From: a virus | Lineage: Duplodnaviria; Caudoviricetes | Reading direction: 5' to 3' (one strand) | IMG/VR virus record: IMGVR_UViG_3300009602_000083 | Location: 1 to 25,033 of that record | Length of the DNA: 25,033 bases | Shown: positions 24,348-25,033 of the stretch, piece after piece | Numbering within the stretch: the first letter of the stretch is position 1 | Layout: every line of letters starts with the position of its first letter | Translations under genes and position numbers: made by a program | The notes under the pieces: model-generated | Database searches by the model: none | What the model was told of the DNA's origin: nothing | What the model saw: only the letters and a program-made list of their open reading frames with translations

Positions 24348-24851
24348 TCAGTTGACAATTCTCTCACCCTCCCTCGCAGCGTCTTTAATCTCCTGCAGCT
24401 TCCCAAACCCCGACAGCCGGAGCTCAAACTCTCTCATGTAATTCAGGTAGGTCTGCTTCCGGCTCCCTTCCTCTTGCTTGTAGATCGTCGCCATGATGTT
24501 CTCTAGGTGCTTCTGGAGGTCATCCCACTCGCCGGCATCAGCCATGGCGTCCAGGTTATCCCGCAGCCCGTTGATGATGTCCCTGAACCTCAGCTGCTCG
24601 TTCTTGACCCGAATCAGCTCCTCAATCAGCTCTACGTGGTGCCACTCCCCAATCCCAGGCTCCTCGGCCTCGCAGTGCTCAAGCTGGCGAAGGATAGCGG
24701 CCAGGATAAACCCGCTGACATTGTCGAAGTCCCACTGATCACTAGCGACGAGAATGCTGATGGCATGCGCCGTGGCTGGGGAGACTCGAGCACTGACGGA
24801 GATACTATGGCCGAAGTCAGAGGTAGCTGTAGATTTCCGGACCCGCCTCAC
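24348..24851 (-). CDS. Ribbon-helix-helix DNA-binding protein
   Basis: SISVSARVSPATAHAISILVAS..FDNVSGFILAAILRQLE matches the RHH strand-helix-helix pattern; GGGAG SD; GTGA coupling. Confidence 0.7.
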   Translation of the reverse strand: MRRVRKSTATSDFGHSISVSARVSPATAHAISILVASDQWDFDNVSGFILAAILRQLEHCEAEEPGIGEWHHVELIEELIRVKNEQLRFRDIINGLRDNLDAMADAGEWDDLQKHLENIMATIYKQEEGSRKQTYLNYMREFELRLSGFGKLQEIKDAAREGERIVN

Positions 24852-25033
24852 GCTGAGGCTCCCAGCTGCTCTTTGTCACCACTGGACATCACTTCCAACG
24901 CATTCTCCGGGATTAACCACCTGCCACCTTTACCAGATGGCTGGACGGCGCCGGGGATCTTCCCATCCTCCACCATCCGATAGAGGGTGTTCATGCTGAG
25001 AGCTCCATCGAGGCGCTCATGAAACTCGCTGAT
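24848..25033 (-). CDS. Excisionase-like (HTH_17/MerR-type) DNA-binding protein, 5'-truncated (not in ORF track)
   Basis: ISEFHERLDGALSMNTLYRMVEDGKIPGAVQPSGKGGRWLIPENALE: S..TLYR....G.IP.....G.W.IP pattern. Confidence 0.8.
   Translation of the reverse strand: MSEFHERLDGALSMNTLYRMVEDGKIPGAVQPSGKGGRWLIPENALEVMSSGDKEQLGASA

Larger units (their letters stand above)
1..25033. mobile_element. Tailed bacteriophage genome segment (podovirus-like; virion arm on +, replication/early arm on -)
   Basis: Scaffold-capsid-decoration-tail genes on +; PolA, helicase, nucleases and HTH genes on -; dense packing with ATGA/TAATG/TGATG overlaps; no host housekeeping genes, integrase or att sites in the window. 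Confidence 0.95.

Noticed and set aside
1-25033. Stop-codon reassignment, introns, inteins, canonical tRNA genes
   Set aside because: TAA, TAG and TGA all end well-defined genes; conserved genes are uninterrupted; no intein termini or full cloverleaf seen.

Overview
The whole window is an internal segment of a tailed dsDNA phage (Caudoviricetes, podovirus-like) with two convergent gene arms. The + arm (1-12906) is morphogenesis: the C-terminus of a large probable internal virion protein, scaffold, HK97-type major capsid, capsid decoration protein, a block of small unknown genes, a C1q/TNF-like tipped fibre with a probable chaperone, a BppU-like Ig protein, a head-tail adaptor with an inserted carbohydrate-binding module, a nozzle/tail-hub protein and a membrane-anchored holin-like protein. 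The - arm (12887-25033) is replication and early genes: family A DNA polymerase fused to a family-4 uracil-DNA glycosylase (UDG), ERCC4 nuclease, AAA ATPase, PD-(D/E)XK nuclease, probable SSB, Cys-motif double-HTH protein, DinG/XPD-like Fe-S helicase, RHH and excisionase-like regulators, and several sub-60-aa zinc-finger genes that the ORF track misses. The best candidate novelty is a small DUF4177-like gene, with its own Shine-Dalgarno (SD), nested in the +1 frame exactly across an insertion in the polymerase's UDG domain. Its stop overlaps (ATGA) an in-frame polymerase Met, which could give a UDG-less polymerase isoform. The second is a strand-specific structured RNA downstream of the ssb-like gene that ends in a tRNA-minihelix-like stem plus ACCA. 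Weak hints point to a Chloroflexota (Dehalococcoidia/SAR202) host. All family calls are by eye; no searches were run.
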